DNA from: a virus | Lineage: Duplodnaviria; Caudoviricetes | Direction: 5' to 3' (one strand) | IMG/VR virus record: IMGVR_UViG_3300007734_000695 | Coordinates: 1-44,659 of that record | Length of the DNA: 44,659 nucleotides | In this document: positions 26,957-35,439 of the stretch, piece after piece | How the letters are laid out: every line of letters begins with the position of its first letter | How positions within the stretch are numbered: the stretch's first letter is position 1 | Position numbers and translations under genes: made by a program | The notes under the pieces: model-generated | The model's input: the letters and a program-made list of their open reading frames with translations, nothing else | Database searches by the model: none | What the model was told of the DNA's origin: nothing

Positions 26957-27195
26957 GCCCACACCCTCATCGGATTGTCCGGCTCTGCGATGGTGACGCT
27001 CGCAAGGGCGGCGTGCGGCTCGCCCGTGATGCGCAGGTTCGCGTGATACCCGACCTTCCCCGGCAGGGCGCCGATCACGTCGAGCGCGTGGGTGTGGCTG
27101 ACCTGGATAGGACCGCCTTCACCAACAAGCCCGGCAGCATCGAGGGCGGAGAGGAGCGCGGCTTCGGTCGTGGCGCGGAGGTATAGGTCTCGCAT
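26953..27195 (-). CDS. Small virion protein (partner of head spike)
   Basis: D.YLRA...ALDVIG...GYHANLR...P.NP.RVWA. Confidence 0.7.
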   Translation of the reverse strand: MRDLYLRATTEAALLSALDAAGLVGEGGPIQVSHTHALDVIGALPGKVGYHANLRITGEPHAALASVTIAEPDNPMRVWA

Positions 27196-27196
27196 C

Positions 27197-28345
27197 TCAG
27201 GCCGCCGTCAGGGCTTGAAGTTGCGTATTTGCGAGGCGCGTCGGGTAGTAGGCGACCTTGCGCAGGTAGCCATTGAGCCAGTTGTTCGACGTGAACTGGA
27301 CGCCGAGGCTCAGTCGATCAACGGTCGGAACCGTCCCCGACGTATCCGTCTGCACCGTCCCGCCGTTACAGGTGTAGGCGAAATCATTGGCCGCATAGGC
27401 GATAGCCTGCTTGTACGCAACATTGAGCGAAGCAGTCGCAACACTCATGCTCGCCTGAGCTGCGCCGCCGGAATTGACCTCGCCAAAGGTCAGCAGGTCC
27501 GATCCGCGCACAATCATGTCGATGCGGTTATTGCCAGAGCCGTCGTTCAGGGAGCCCGATCCTGGGTTCTTTCCGCTCACGGCGGCCGGGATCATGGCCT
27601 CCGCGACAATCGTCCCCGCGCTCGCATTGAACGGGAACGCACTCGTCAGGATCGAGCACACGTCGGCAGCCCGAGTAACCGAGGCAGTCGTCGTCGCAAT
27701 CGAGGACGTGGCAAAGGTGCCGTTCTCGTTCTGCACGTAGTCGATGGCTATCGCATCGCCCGAGGTGACGATCTGGAAGCCCACGGTCGGGTTCGCCAGC
27801 GTCTGCGTCGGGATCGAGACGCGGGTCCAAGCAGCCGTGACCGTGACCGCCGTCCAGGTCGCGCCGTTGTCCATCGTCATGTTGACGACGCCGGTCCCCG
27901 TGATCCGCTTCACCCATGCGGTCTGGAACCTCGCCGAAGATGCCAGCGTGATCGCCTGGAGGATCGTGCCGTTCCCGGCCGTCGCGGTGATCCGGCTGGC
28001 GCTGTTCGCTACTCCGTCAATGCCAGTGATATTCTTGAGCGGCGTGACGTTGCTGGCCGTCCATGCCGCGTTCGTCAGGTCGCGGGTCCAGAGGATGACG
28101 TTGGTCCGGGCTTCCTCGATCAGGAGGCCGAGGGCGACTAGGGTCGAGGGGTTGTAGTCCAGGCGCGCAACGTTCGTTGTCGCCGTCTGGATCATGCCAG
28201 CAGAATCGAAATATGTTCCGCTCGACGCCCGGGTAAACGTCAGAAGCGATAGTGCCGAGGCGGGATTGTTGATGAAGTCCAGCGCCAGTCCCGGCACCGG
28301 AAGCCCATACGCCCCAGAAGCGAAGCGGCGGTGAAGCCGCGCCAT
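27197..28345 (-). CDS. Head spike/fibre protein with lectin-like (concanavalin A-type) domains
   Basis: LTFTRASSGTYFD..G...R.DY.P....GLLIEEARTN...TS.I.TT...VTRAAD...YYP.RL. Confidence 0.78.
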   Translation of the reverse strand: MARLHRRFASGAYGLPVPGLALDFINNPASALSLLTFTRASSGTYFDSAGMIQTATTNVARLDYNPSTLVALGLLIEEARTNVILWTRDLTNAAWTASNVTPLKNITGIDGVANSASRITATAGNGTILQAITLASSARFQTAWVKRITGTGVVNMTMDNGATWTAVTVTAAWTRVSIPTQTLANPTVGFQIVTSGDAIAIDYVQNENGTFATSSIATTTASVTRAADVCSILTSAFPFNASAGTIVAEAMIPAAVSGKNPGSGSLNDGSGNNRIDMIVRGSDLLTFGEVNSGGAAQASMSVATASLNVAYKQAIAYAANDFAYTCNGGTVQTDTSGTVPTVDRLSLGVQFTSNNWLNGYLRKVAYYPTRLANTQLQALTAA

Positions 28346-28347
28346 GC

Positions 28348-28668
28348 CTAGAAGCCCTCGCCGACCGTCACATTGAGCGTGGTCGATCCCGACCCGGCGC
28401 AGATTGTCGCGATATGCGTCTGATCGCCTCTCGACATGACGACCAGCACGCCCGGAGGAATGGGCGTCGAGCCCATGGCCCAGGAGGTGGTCGCAACCGC
28501 AGCCGTCACGGTCGAGCTGCCGAGCGCCACGTAGACGATCACGGAGCCCGAGTTGTAGAGCCAGAGCGTATTACCGATGTTGGTCGACCCGAAGGCCACG
28601 GCAACGCTGCTCGCAGTCGCCCCGATCGCGTAGGTCGGCCCTGGGGTGAAGACGCCGTAGCTGTTCAT
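28348..28668 (-). CDS. Virion structural protein
   Basis: NSG...VYV..G...A...PI.PG...THIA...TL..T.GEG. Confidence 0.7.
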   Translation of the reverse strand: MNSYGVFTPGPTYAIGATASSVAVAFGSTNIGNTLWLYNSGSVIVYVALGSSTVTAAVATTSWAMGSTPIPPGVLVVMSRGDQTHIATICAGSGSTTLNVTVGEGF

Positions 28669-30296
28669 GAGATGCGCCCCCGCTGCCGGCTGTCCCGGCG
28701 GTCAATGTCGGCCACGACCGAGTTCCATGTAGGCTTTTCGGCCGCGACCGCAGACCAATCCACGGGGGGCGGGGGGACGCTCGGACGCGCCATCTCTGCC
28801 AGGCGCCGGCCGAACAGGCTCAACACGTCAACCTGATCGTCCACGCCGAGCACGGGGAACTTTAACACCTCGTTCACCAGTGGATCAACCCATTTATACT
28901 TTTCTTTTGTGTGGATTTCAGCCGCGGCTTTGACCAGGGGCAGATAGACCTTGCCCTGGGCCATCCTGCCGCGGATCGCCTGGGCACGGGTGGGCTTGTC
29001 AGCGGCCGAGGCATAGAGTTTGTGCGTGCAGTAGGCGTTCCGCTCACGCTGGCGCTTGGCCATGAACGGGCCGACGCCCTTCTCGATCTGGCCCTTTTCC
29101 TGAATGAACTCGACCGGCCCCCACTCCAGGATGAGGTCACAGGCGCGCTCTACCCAGACGTCGGAAGCCGTCCGCATCCGCTCGTAATGCAGGATGAAGA
29201 TATTGTCGTCCGGGTCCACGCCGATCACGCCGAAGGCCGTCCAGTCGCCCTCGCCATCAGTCACGGCATAGTCGGCTGCCATGTAGATGGAGAGATGGGC
29301 GGGAATCGAGGCGGGGTCGTACCAGCGCAGCCATTCGGCGAGGAAGTAATTGCCCGACTCAGGCGCGGGTCTCTGCTGATACAAAGCCGCCCAATTACGG
29401 ATGCCTTGGCTGACCTTCTCTTGCTCCCAATGAGCGACGGGGAACCACTCGGTCCAAAGGTACTCGCCTTCATTTCTCCCAAGCGGATCATCATCTCGCT
29501 CGCATTGAGCGGGAAGGTTGACGACGAACCATTGCTCCCCGTCCTGAGCTGTGACCCACCCCGACCGCCCGTCATAGTCCGGGGGCAGGATGCGCCCTGC
29601 GGGGTCGTCGGCGTGCCAGCGAGTGCCGATATAGACCTTGGCCCCGCCTGGCTTCAGGCGCGTGCGAAGGTCGGATTTGTAGGCTTCCCAGACCTTCTCG
29701 CGGATGGTCGGGCTATCCGCGTCTTCTCTGCCGCGGATCATGTCGTCCATCAGTAGCAACTTGGCCCGGTTGCCAGTCACCCCTCCCAGCACGCCGCAGC
29801 ACATGTAGGCGGCGCCATTCTCAAGCGCCCAATCGTCCACCGCCCGGTTGTCGGTCTGGAGCGTGGTCTTGAACACCCGCTGGTATTCGGGTGAGCGCAC
29901 CACCGATCGGCAGCGCCGGCCGAACTTCTTGGCCAGATCGTCCCCGTAGCTGACCGCAATCAGCGGCTCATTCGGCATCCGCCCCATGAAGTAGGTGGCG
30001 AAGATCACGCTGGCGTACACGGACTTCCCGCACCCTGGGGGAAGGAACAGCATGACGTTTCGGATCTCTCCTAGGATCACCCGCTCCAGGGTGTTGAGCA
30101 TCAGCAGGTGGTGGAGCGCCGGGGTTACCTGATCGGGATAGTATTCCTCGCAGTCGGGGTCATCGGTAACGGGGACGCCGGGGATGGGGACGTAGCGGAC
30201 GTAATCGGGGAGGGATTGAGCGGCGCGGTCGATCAGGCGCCCCTCAAGGAGGGCGATCAGTTCAAGCTGGTCAGGGGTGGCGGCGTCGTCAGGCAC
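28665..30296 (-). CDS. terL: Terminase large subunit
   Basis: Walker A PPGCGKS, Walker B LLLMDD, TRWH.DD, ALYQQRP, D.A...GD, DDQVD nuclease motifs. Confidence 0.95.
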   Translation of the reverse strand: MPDDAATPDQLELIALLEGRLIDRAAQSLPDYVRYVPIPGVPVTDDPDCEEYYPDQVTPALHHLLMLNTLERVILGEIRNVMLFLPPGCGKSVYASVIFATYFMGRMPNEPLIAVSYGDDLAKKFGRRCRSVVRSPEYQRVFKTTLQTDNRAVDDWALENGAAYMCCGVLGGVTGNRAKLLLMDDMIRGREDADSPTIREKVWEAYKSDLRTRLKPGGAKVYIGTRWHADDPAGRILPPDYDGRSGWVTAQDGEQWFVVNLPAQCERDDDPLGRNEGEYLWTEWFPVAHWEQEKVSQGIRNWAALYQQRPAPESGNYFLAEWLRWYDPASIPAHLSIYMAADYAVTDGEGDWTAFGVIGVDPDDNIFILHYERMRTASDVWVERACDLILEWGPVEFIQEKGQIEKGVGPFMAKRQRERNAYCTHKLYASAADKPTRAQAIRGRMAQGKVYLPLVKAAAEIHTKEKYKWVDPLVNEVLKFPVLGVDDQVDVLSLFGRRLAEMARPSVPPPPVDWSAVAAEKPTWNSVVADIDRRDSRQRGRIS

Positions 30297-30789
30297 GCGG
30301 CTTTGGGAGCGCCAGCTTGGCCGTCAGCTCGGCAATCCGCTTGTCGGCCTCAGCCTTGGACAGGTTGCGGGTTTCGATGGGGCCGCCGTTCGGCCCCGTA
30401 TGCTCCTGGGTCACCTTGTCGCCGTACTTTTTCGGCGCGCACTTGCCCATCAGCCACTTGCGGGCCTCGATCCGCAGGCGCGACCGCTCGATCACCTCCC
30501 GGTCAACCACCTCGATCCGCCCCGCCTTGGTCTCACGCTCAGTCCAGTCGTTCGACCCATCCTCAGCAATATCAATGATTTCGTCTGCGAAGTGCTCCAT
30601 CAGGGCTTCGCGCGCGTGCGCGTACTGCTGACGGAATCCTTCGTTCGCTGCGAGCCACCGAAATACCGTCCGCTGCTCCGGCATGGCTTCGTCCCGGCAC
30701 ACTTGGCGCAGGGTTTCTCCCCCGGCGATACGCTCGCAGATGAGGTCGGCCTTGGCCTGGGTGAAGCTGCTGGGCCTACCGGCGGGCAT
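30289..30789 (-). CDS. terS: Terminase small subunit (Sf6-like)
   Basis: GRPS......D.IC.RIA.GE.LR..C....MP...TV.RWL...Y..ARE...RSRL.I..RKW...K.APKKYGDK. Confidence 0.93.
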   Translation of the reverse strand: MPAGRPSSFTQAKADLICERIAGGETLRQVCRDEAMPEQRTVFRWLAANEGFRQQYAHAREALMEHFADEIIDIAEDGSNDWTERETKAGRIEVVDREVIERSRLRIEARKWLMGKCAPKKYGDKVTQEHTGPNGGPIETRNLSKAEADKRIAELTAKLALPKPRA

Positions 30790-31212
30790 AGTCCGCCTTC
30801 CGCAATGCCCCGGCCCCATAAGGGTCGATGCGGTTGAGGCCCACAGTTGCAGCGCCTATCGTCTGGGTGCCGTTCCCGAAGCCCTGAGAGCCCCGGCGGT
30901 GGCCTGACCGCCCCGGCCCACCGTTGACGCAGGTGGCGCGACGTTTAGATGCCGTTCGCGTGCCCAGACTGCCCGGAACCCGCTGTGGCGCAATCCCGAG
31001 GGCCGGAAGCCCCTGCTCGGCAGGGTGAAGAGCCCGGCGCTTTCCACCGGCTTTGGGTAGCGGGAGCCGGTCGAACCGTGGGCGACACATCGGATTGGTC
31101 GGCTTGAGAATTGGGCGCATCCGCGCTATATCTCGCTTCGCAATGTCGGTCGGACTGTCGCCACAGACGACCAACTGAGGCCGGTTAGGGGTCGCACCCT
31201 GCCGGCCTCACG
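30790..31212 (-). ncRNA. Candidate ~420-nt structured late-operon leader RNA
   Basis: Nested long-range helices and hairpins with G.U pairs favouring the minus strand; no credible ORF. Confidence 0.45.
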
Positions 31213-31213
31213 C

Positions 31214-31256
31214 ATTTTAGGACTGTTTTCCGCATTCCACAAGATCGGAATGTGAA
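31214..31256 (-). promoter_or_regulatory. Putative late promoter (TTGTGG-N17-TAAAAT) overlapped by a TCCAC-N11-GTGAA site
   Basis: Sigma70-like spacing upstream of the terS leader; palindrome variant at 31236-31256. Confidence 0.55.
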
Positions 31257-31329
31257 ATCAGCCGGGCGATTGGTTCACAATGGGGGAGTGCGACGGATCA
31301 GGTCTGGGCCGGATCTGATTTGGCGGATG

Positions 31330-31575
31330 TCAGATCCCGGCCCCGTGCTCGAACATCTTGCGGCCCGCGTGCTCGGCCCTGATGCGGTCGCGCTCTTCCT
31401 CGTACCGGATGAGGAATGCCTCGGGGTGCTCCAGCCGGATCGCGCAGAACGCCGTCTGTATCACAAATGATCCGTCAGGCTGCCGCCCTGGCGCCGGCCC
31501 ATCGGGCAAGTATTTGAATATCAGGCAGACCACCAAGGCGAAGGCGCCGACGCCTATCAGGACAATCTCAACCAT
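31330..31575 (-). CDS. Small single-TM protein
   Basis: GAGGAGG RBS; hydrophobic N-terminus. Confidence 0.6.
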   Translation of the reverse strand: MVEIVLIGVGAFALVVCLIFKYLPDGPAPGRQPDGSFVIQTAFCAIRLEHPEAFLIRYEEERDRIRAEHAGRKMFEHGAGI

Positions 31576-32801
31576 CACGCCCCTCCTCTGCTCAGCCACC
31601 ACATCTCCTCGAATCCTGCCCCTCCCCCGCCGAGCATGTCGAGGTAGTCGGTGAGGAGGTGGTCGACCTTCCGCCCCTGTCTCCGGGCCTCCCACAGGGC
31701 GTAGAGCGGTCCTGACGTGGTGAGGTCGGGGGTGAGGTCGGGCCAGCCCTTCGCCATCATCGGGCGCTCGTTGCCTTCGACAAGGTTGAAGTCCTTCCAC
31801 GTCGGCTTCCGGCGGAAGTCCATGTGCGCGATGTCGTCGAGGGTCTGCGTCATCCGGTCCTCGTCCACGGTGTAGGGTTCGAGGTCGGCGATGATGTGCA
31901 GGTTCCGGGTGACGATGCTCATGTAGTACGGGCAGCGCTCGTAGGTGGGGTTCACCTGCCAGTCGAGGATGCGCCAGTCCCTGGGCCAGAGGAAGTTCAT
32001 GCCGGCGGCGTGCTGGCGGTTGTTCCAATGATCCTGGTCCACGCGGTTGAGGAAGCGGTTGAGCGAGAACAGCTTGGCCGGGCGGATGTCCGAGGCGAGC
32101 CAGTCCAGCCATCCCTTAGCCTCGTCGCGGGGCATCTCGCCGAGCGAGTTGGTGTTGATTGCCAGGTCGAACTGCTGGCCGGTCAGGAGCCGGCGGAGCT
32201 GGGTCGGGACCAGGACGATTTCCGCGGTGTCGGGCCAGCCGCTCTCGTCCGCATAGGCGAAGGGCTTGTCGGGGAAGCTGTGGCGCAGGAAGACCTCGGC
32301 GAAGAACAGGGTCTCCGGGAGGTCGATCATCACGTACCTGGCCTTGTGGTTGAGGCCCATGATGGTGCGCGCAAGGCTGCCGTAGCCGCCGCCGATTTCG
32401 AGGATGGCGGGGGAGCCGTGAAGGTCTAGGCCCTTCTTCGTCAGGGTCGCGACCGTCAGGAGGCGATAGAGCATGTCGGCGGACACCCGCTGATCGCCCC
32501 ACATGGTGCAGCGGTCGTCGGCCAGCAATTCGCTCTCGCTGAACGGCGCCGATCGCGCGTAGAGCCGAAGCAGAGCCTGCTGATACCACCTCACCGCGGG
32601 CTCAAGGATGGGGGTCGTGCAGGTGAAGTCGTAGAAGGCGAAGCGGTTGACCGCCTGCATCGCCTGGGCGGGGGTTTCCGCCATGTCGATGATGTGCTGC
32701 AGGAGGTTCAGGTTCTGGAGCCAGATGAAGTCCAGAGAGCCGGCGTCGGCCTTTGGGGCGGCCTTCAGGTGGGCGCGGGCTTCGGCGAGGAGGTCGGTCA
32801 T
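31575..32801 (-). CDS. Putative sugar O-methyltransferase (SAM-dependent)
   Basis: ILEIGGGYGSLAR...Y..IDLPE.L.....FL...FDLAINTNSLGEM...Y/W signature. Confidence 0.8.
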   Translation of the reverse strand: MTDLLAEARAHLKAAPKADAGSLDFIWLQNLNLLQHIIDMAETPAQAMQAVNRFAFYDFTCTTPILEPAVRWYQQALLRLYARSAPFSESELLADDRCTMWGDQRVSADMLYRLLTVATLTKKGLDLHGSPAILEIGGGYGSLARTIMGLNHKARYVMIDLPETLFFAEVFLRHSFPDKPFAYADESGWPDTAEIVLVPTQLRRLLTGQQFDLAINTNSLGEMPRDEAKGWLDWLASDIRPAKLFSLNRFLNRVDQDHWNNRQHAAGMNFLWPRDWRILDWQVNPTYERCPYYMSIVTRNLHIIADLEPYTVDEDRMTQTLDDIAHMDFRRKPTWKDFNLVEGNERPMMAKGWPDLTPDLTTSGPLYALWEARRQGRKVDHLLTDYLDMLGGGGAGFEEMWWLSRGGA

Positions 32802-33079
32802 GCCGGCTCCTTGAGGGCGGCGTCGATCATGGCTCGCCATACGATCTCCGGCTCTCCCTCCGGGTTGCCAACACTCAGTTCCATGAGGCGGTCGTAGCAC
32901 CCATCAATCACCCGCTTCGGCGGCTCGCGCATGGCGGAGATGGCGGCACGGGCCGTATCTCGACACCAAGCCGCTTCTGGACACAATGGCCACACCATCA
33001 TCGTGCTCCCAGGTCCGCCCTGGGCGATGCGCGCCCTAAAGATCGCCCGGGCCACAGTCTCGATCATGTCCTCGCTCAT
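32798..33079 (-). CDS. Hypothetical phage protein
   Basis: MIE.VARAI...ARAAI.AMREP...WRAMIDAAL common phage motif. Confidence 0.75.
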   Translation of the reverse strand: MSEDMIETVARAIFRARIAQGGPGSTMMVWPLCPEAAWCRDTARAAISAMREPPKRVIDGCYDRLMELSVGNPEGEPEIVWRAMIDAALKEPA

Positions 33080-33294
33080 TCGCCCTCCATGCTCTCGATC
33101 AGCTTGTCCAGCTTCCTCGCGTAGGCTTCGCGGCCCTCTGGGAAGAACAGGGCAGCGGTGAGACTGCTGACAGCCTTCTCCTCCGCCCGCCGGAGCTTCG
33201 CCTCCATGAGCACGCCGAGTTCCGTGCCGCTTGCCGCGTGCGGGAACATGTGGTCATAGCGGCGGTCCCGATATGGATAGGGAGGATTGGCCAT
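33076..33294 (-). CDS. Hypothetical protein
   Basis: Translationally coupled at both ends. Confidence 0.6.
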   Translation of the reverse strand: MANPPYPYRDRRYDHMFPHAASGTELGVLMEAKLRRAEEKAVSSLTAALFFPEGREAYARKLDKLIESMEGE

Positions 33295-33656
33295 TACTTC
33301 GCGCTCTCCGCCAGGGCTTCGATGTCGGCCAGACGCACGATTTGGCTACCGTCGAATATCTCGCGGGCGAGCGGCCTGATGGCCGCCATCCACTCGGCGT
33401 CGCGGGCGCGGATGATCTGCTGGGTGACGAAAGGCGCAGCCGCCACCATGTCGCCGTTCATATCGCAGGCAAAGGTAAGGGCCGTCCGCAGCCTCGGCTT
33501 CTTGCTGGCCTCCTCGACCGCCTGGAGAACCTGCACGGCTCGGTAAAGCGCCATCTGCTCGCTAAGGGCCGAGTTGTTTTCTGCCCGCTTTGGCGCCGCA
33601 CCCCACGCCTTCGCCGCCTTGATCACGTCGTCTCTGAGCTTGGCTATGTCGGTCAT
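33294..33656 (-). CDS. Hypothetical protein
   Basis: Helical composition; TAATG coupling. Confidence 0.6.
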   Translation of the reverse strand: MTDIAKLRDDVIKAAKAWGAAPKRAENNSALSEQMALYRAVQVLQAVEEASKKPRLRTALTFACDMNGDMVAAAPFVTQQIIRARDAEWMAAIRPLAREIFDGSQIVRLADIEALAESAK

Positions 33657-33737
33657 GGTCAGGGTTTCCGTGAAAGATTCAGAGGGGCTGAACTGCTGCT
33701 CAGGAGAATCCGAGAGACCGCGTGTCGGGACGAGGGG

Positions 33738-33920
33738 TCACGTGGCCCAATTGCCTCCGCGCGGCCCCGCTCTTTGCGTCTCGTGATAGACGGTCACCGA
33801 CGATGGAAAGACGGTTGAGGCTCCCCCACGCAGCTTGTCCGGTAGCGCGTTGATCGCCCGCGCCAGATCGGATATCGCCGCAGCCAGCGCTCGCACGTCT
33901 TCGCTCTTGATCTCGCTCAC
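33738..33920 (-). CDS. Hypothetical protein (GTG start, SEIKSEDVRAL...)
   Basis: GTGA overlap; AGGAG RBS. Confidence 0.45.
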   Translation of the reverse strand: MSEIKSEDVRALAAAISDLARAINALPDKLRGGASTVFPSSVTVYHETQRAGPRGGNWAT

Positions 33921-34102
33921 TTCCTGATCTCCTTCACGGACACGCGGATGACGCGCCAACCATCTGACGCTCGCGCGAGATTTCTTGCGGCCTGTCGTGA
34001 CGGCTCGATCCAGAGGCCGTGCCCGCCCTTGAGCGGCGTTCCGTCCGTCGCCACGAGAGCCCACGCCTTCACGCTCACCGGCTTGCGCTTAGCTGTCGCC
34101 AT
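33917..34102 (-). CDS. Hypothetical protein
   Basis: GAGGAGG RBS. Confidence 0.55.
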   Translation of the reverse strand: MATAKRKPVSVKAWALVATDGTPLKGGHGLWIEPSRQAARNLARASDGWRVIRVSVKEIRK

Positions 34103-34430
34103 CTCTCGCCTCCTCTATGCCAAGGTCGCCGGGGTGCATGGGGGTGGGCCTAAGCCGCCCGGATCTCCACATGCTTTCGGTCACTATCGCGCTCGCAGCT
34201 TCCTCGTACTCCCCACACCAGTCTCTTTCGTCCACATGCGGCCAGTAGTGGCTATCCCAAGCTAACCCTGCCGTGTCGCCTGCCTTGACCTGTTTATCCT
34301 CAAGGTAAGACCAGTCGTCGCTAAGCAAGCGCCGACGAACAGGGCGCGGAGCATACCGTCGGCAAAAAGGCCCAGAAGCGTCGAAAAACCGACAATTGAC
34401 GCATAGAATCACGATCTCATCGTCGCTCAT
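34089..34430 (-). CDS. Cys-rich small phage protein
   Basis: C..CRFF...CRRYAP...WP.V...DWCGE. Confidence 0.7.
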   Translation of the reverse strand: MSDDEIVILCVNCRFFDASGPFCRRYAPRPVRRRLLSDDWSYLEDKQVKAGDTAGLAWDSHYWPHVDERDWCGEYEEAASAIVTESMWRSGRLRPTPMHPGDLGIEEARDGDS

Positions 34431-34491
34431 GACGCCTGCCCGGCAGCCTTGCTGCCCGCTGTAGACACGAAGACCACGAGGACTGAAGCGG

Positions 34492-35439
34492 TCATGCGGT
34501 TCTCCGGTCACAAGCGGCGGGGATCTCAAGCGTTTGCCACTCTGGCGGGACCACAGCCGGCGCCTCAAGCCGCGGCATCTCGCCGACCTTGCCCCCGTCC
34601 TTCCACGCCTTCACCGCGGCGATGTAGCGTTGCGCGGTCGCGTCTAGCACCGGGTCCACGGGCTCGGCAGGCTTGCCGACGATCTCCGCCAGCTTCCGGC
34701 GAACGGCCTTGTCGAGGTAGATCAGCCCGCCGGGTGGCTCGTTGTCGGTCGGCTGGTCCCGCTTCTTCGCCAGCACCGGACCCAGCACCTCGAGCACCAG
34801 GTCGAGCGTCACCCCGTCTCGAGCCCAGGCCGCGGCGGTCGGCAGGTCGCCCTTCCCGGTTCCCCATTTCGGCATCGGCGCGGTCGGCAGATTCCAAACC
34901 TCCTGCACGGCTCGGCCATAGGCGGCGATGATCTCTCGAGCCAGATCGAGGTTGGGATCTCGAGGCTTTGCAGGGCCGTCGAGAGGCGGAGGCGTCACGC
35001 GCGCGTCGTCGTCGTTTTCCAACTCCCTTCCGATTTCCAACTCCGGGGGGTGGCGCGCGTCGAGCGTTCGACGATCATTCGGCGATTGAGTGTCGATCTT
35101 CTTCTTCGTTTTTGGTGGTTTCGGGTATTTGTAGCTCGGGCGCTCGACCTTCTGATGCTTCGCCCATCCAGTAACCCACAGATATTCCACATCATCCACG
35201 ACATAGAATTGGATGAGGCCGTGCGACGACAATTCGTCGAGCATTCGGCGAACAGTCGCCGAGTCCATGTCGTCGGCCGGGAACACGCGCGCCTTGATCG
35301 TCTTGGCGCTTGCCGGGTGAATTCCGTCGTCGTCGCAGAAATTCCACAAACCGATGAACAGAAGGCGAGCCATCGGCGAGCATTCGACGATTTGTTCCGA
35401 CGACCAGAACTCAGGCTTGACGGTGCGGATGCGGGCCAT
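34492..35439 (-). CDS. Phage replication initiator
   Basis: MARIRTVKPEFWSSE...ARLLFIGLWNF.DD.G...W.KHQ N-terminal domain; coupled to dnaB. Confidence 0.82.
   Translation of the reverse strand: MARIRTVKPEFWSSEQIVECSPMARLLFIGLWNFCDDDGIHPASAKTIKARVFPADDMDSATVRRMLDELSSHGLIQFYVVDDVEYLWVTGWAKHQKVERPSYKYPKPPKTKKKIDTQSPNDRRTLDARHPPELEIGRELENDDDARVTPPPLDGPAKPRDPNLDLAREIIAAYGRAVQEVWNLPTAPMPKWGTGKGDLPTAAAWARDGVTLDLVLEVLGPVLAKKRDQPTDNEPPGGLIYLDKAVRRKLAEIVGKPAEPVDPVLDATAQRYIAAVKAWKDGGKVGEMPRLEAPAVVPPEWQTLEIPAACDRRTA

Noticed and set aside
30776-31174. 132-aa ORF upstream of terS
   Set aside because: No RBS, Arg/Gly/Pro-rich non-protein-like composition; region better explained as non-coding
35170-35215. 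CCAC repeats in the rep gene as origin iterons
   Set aside because: Too short and irregular to call an origin from sequence alone
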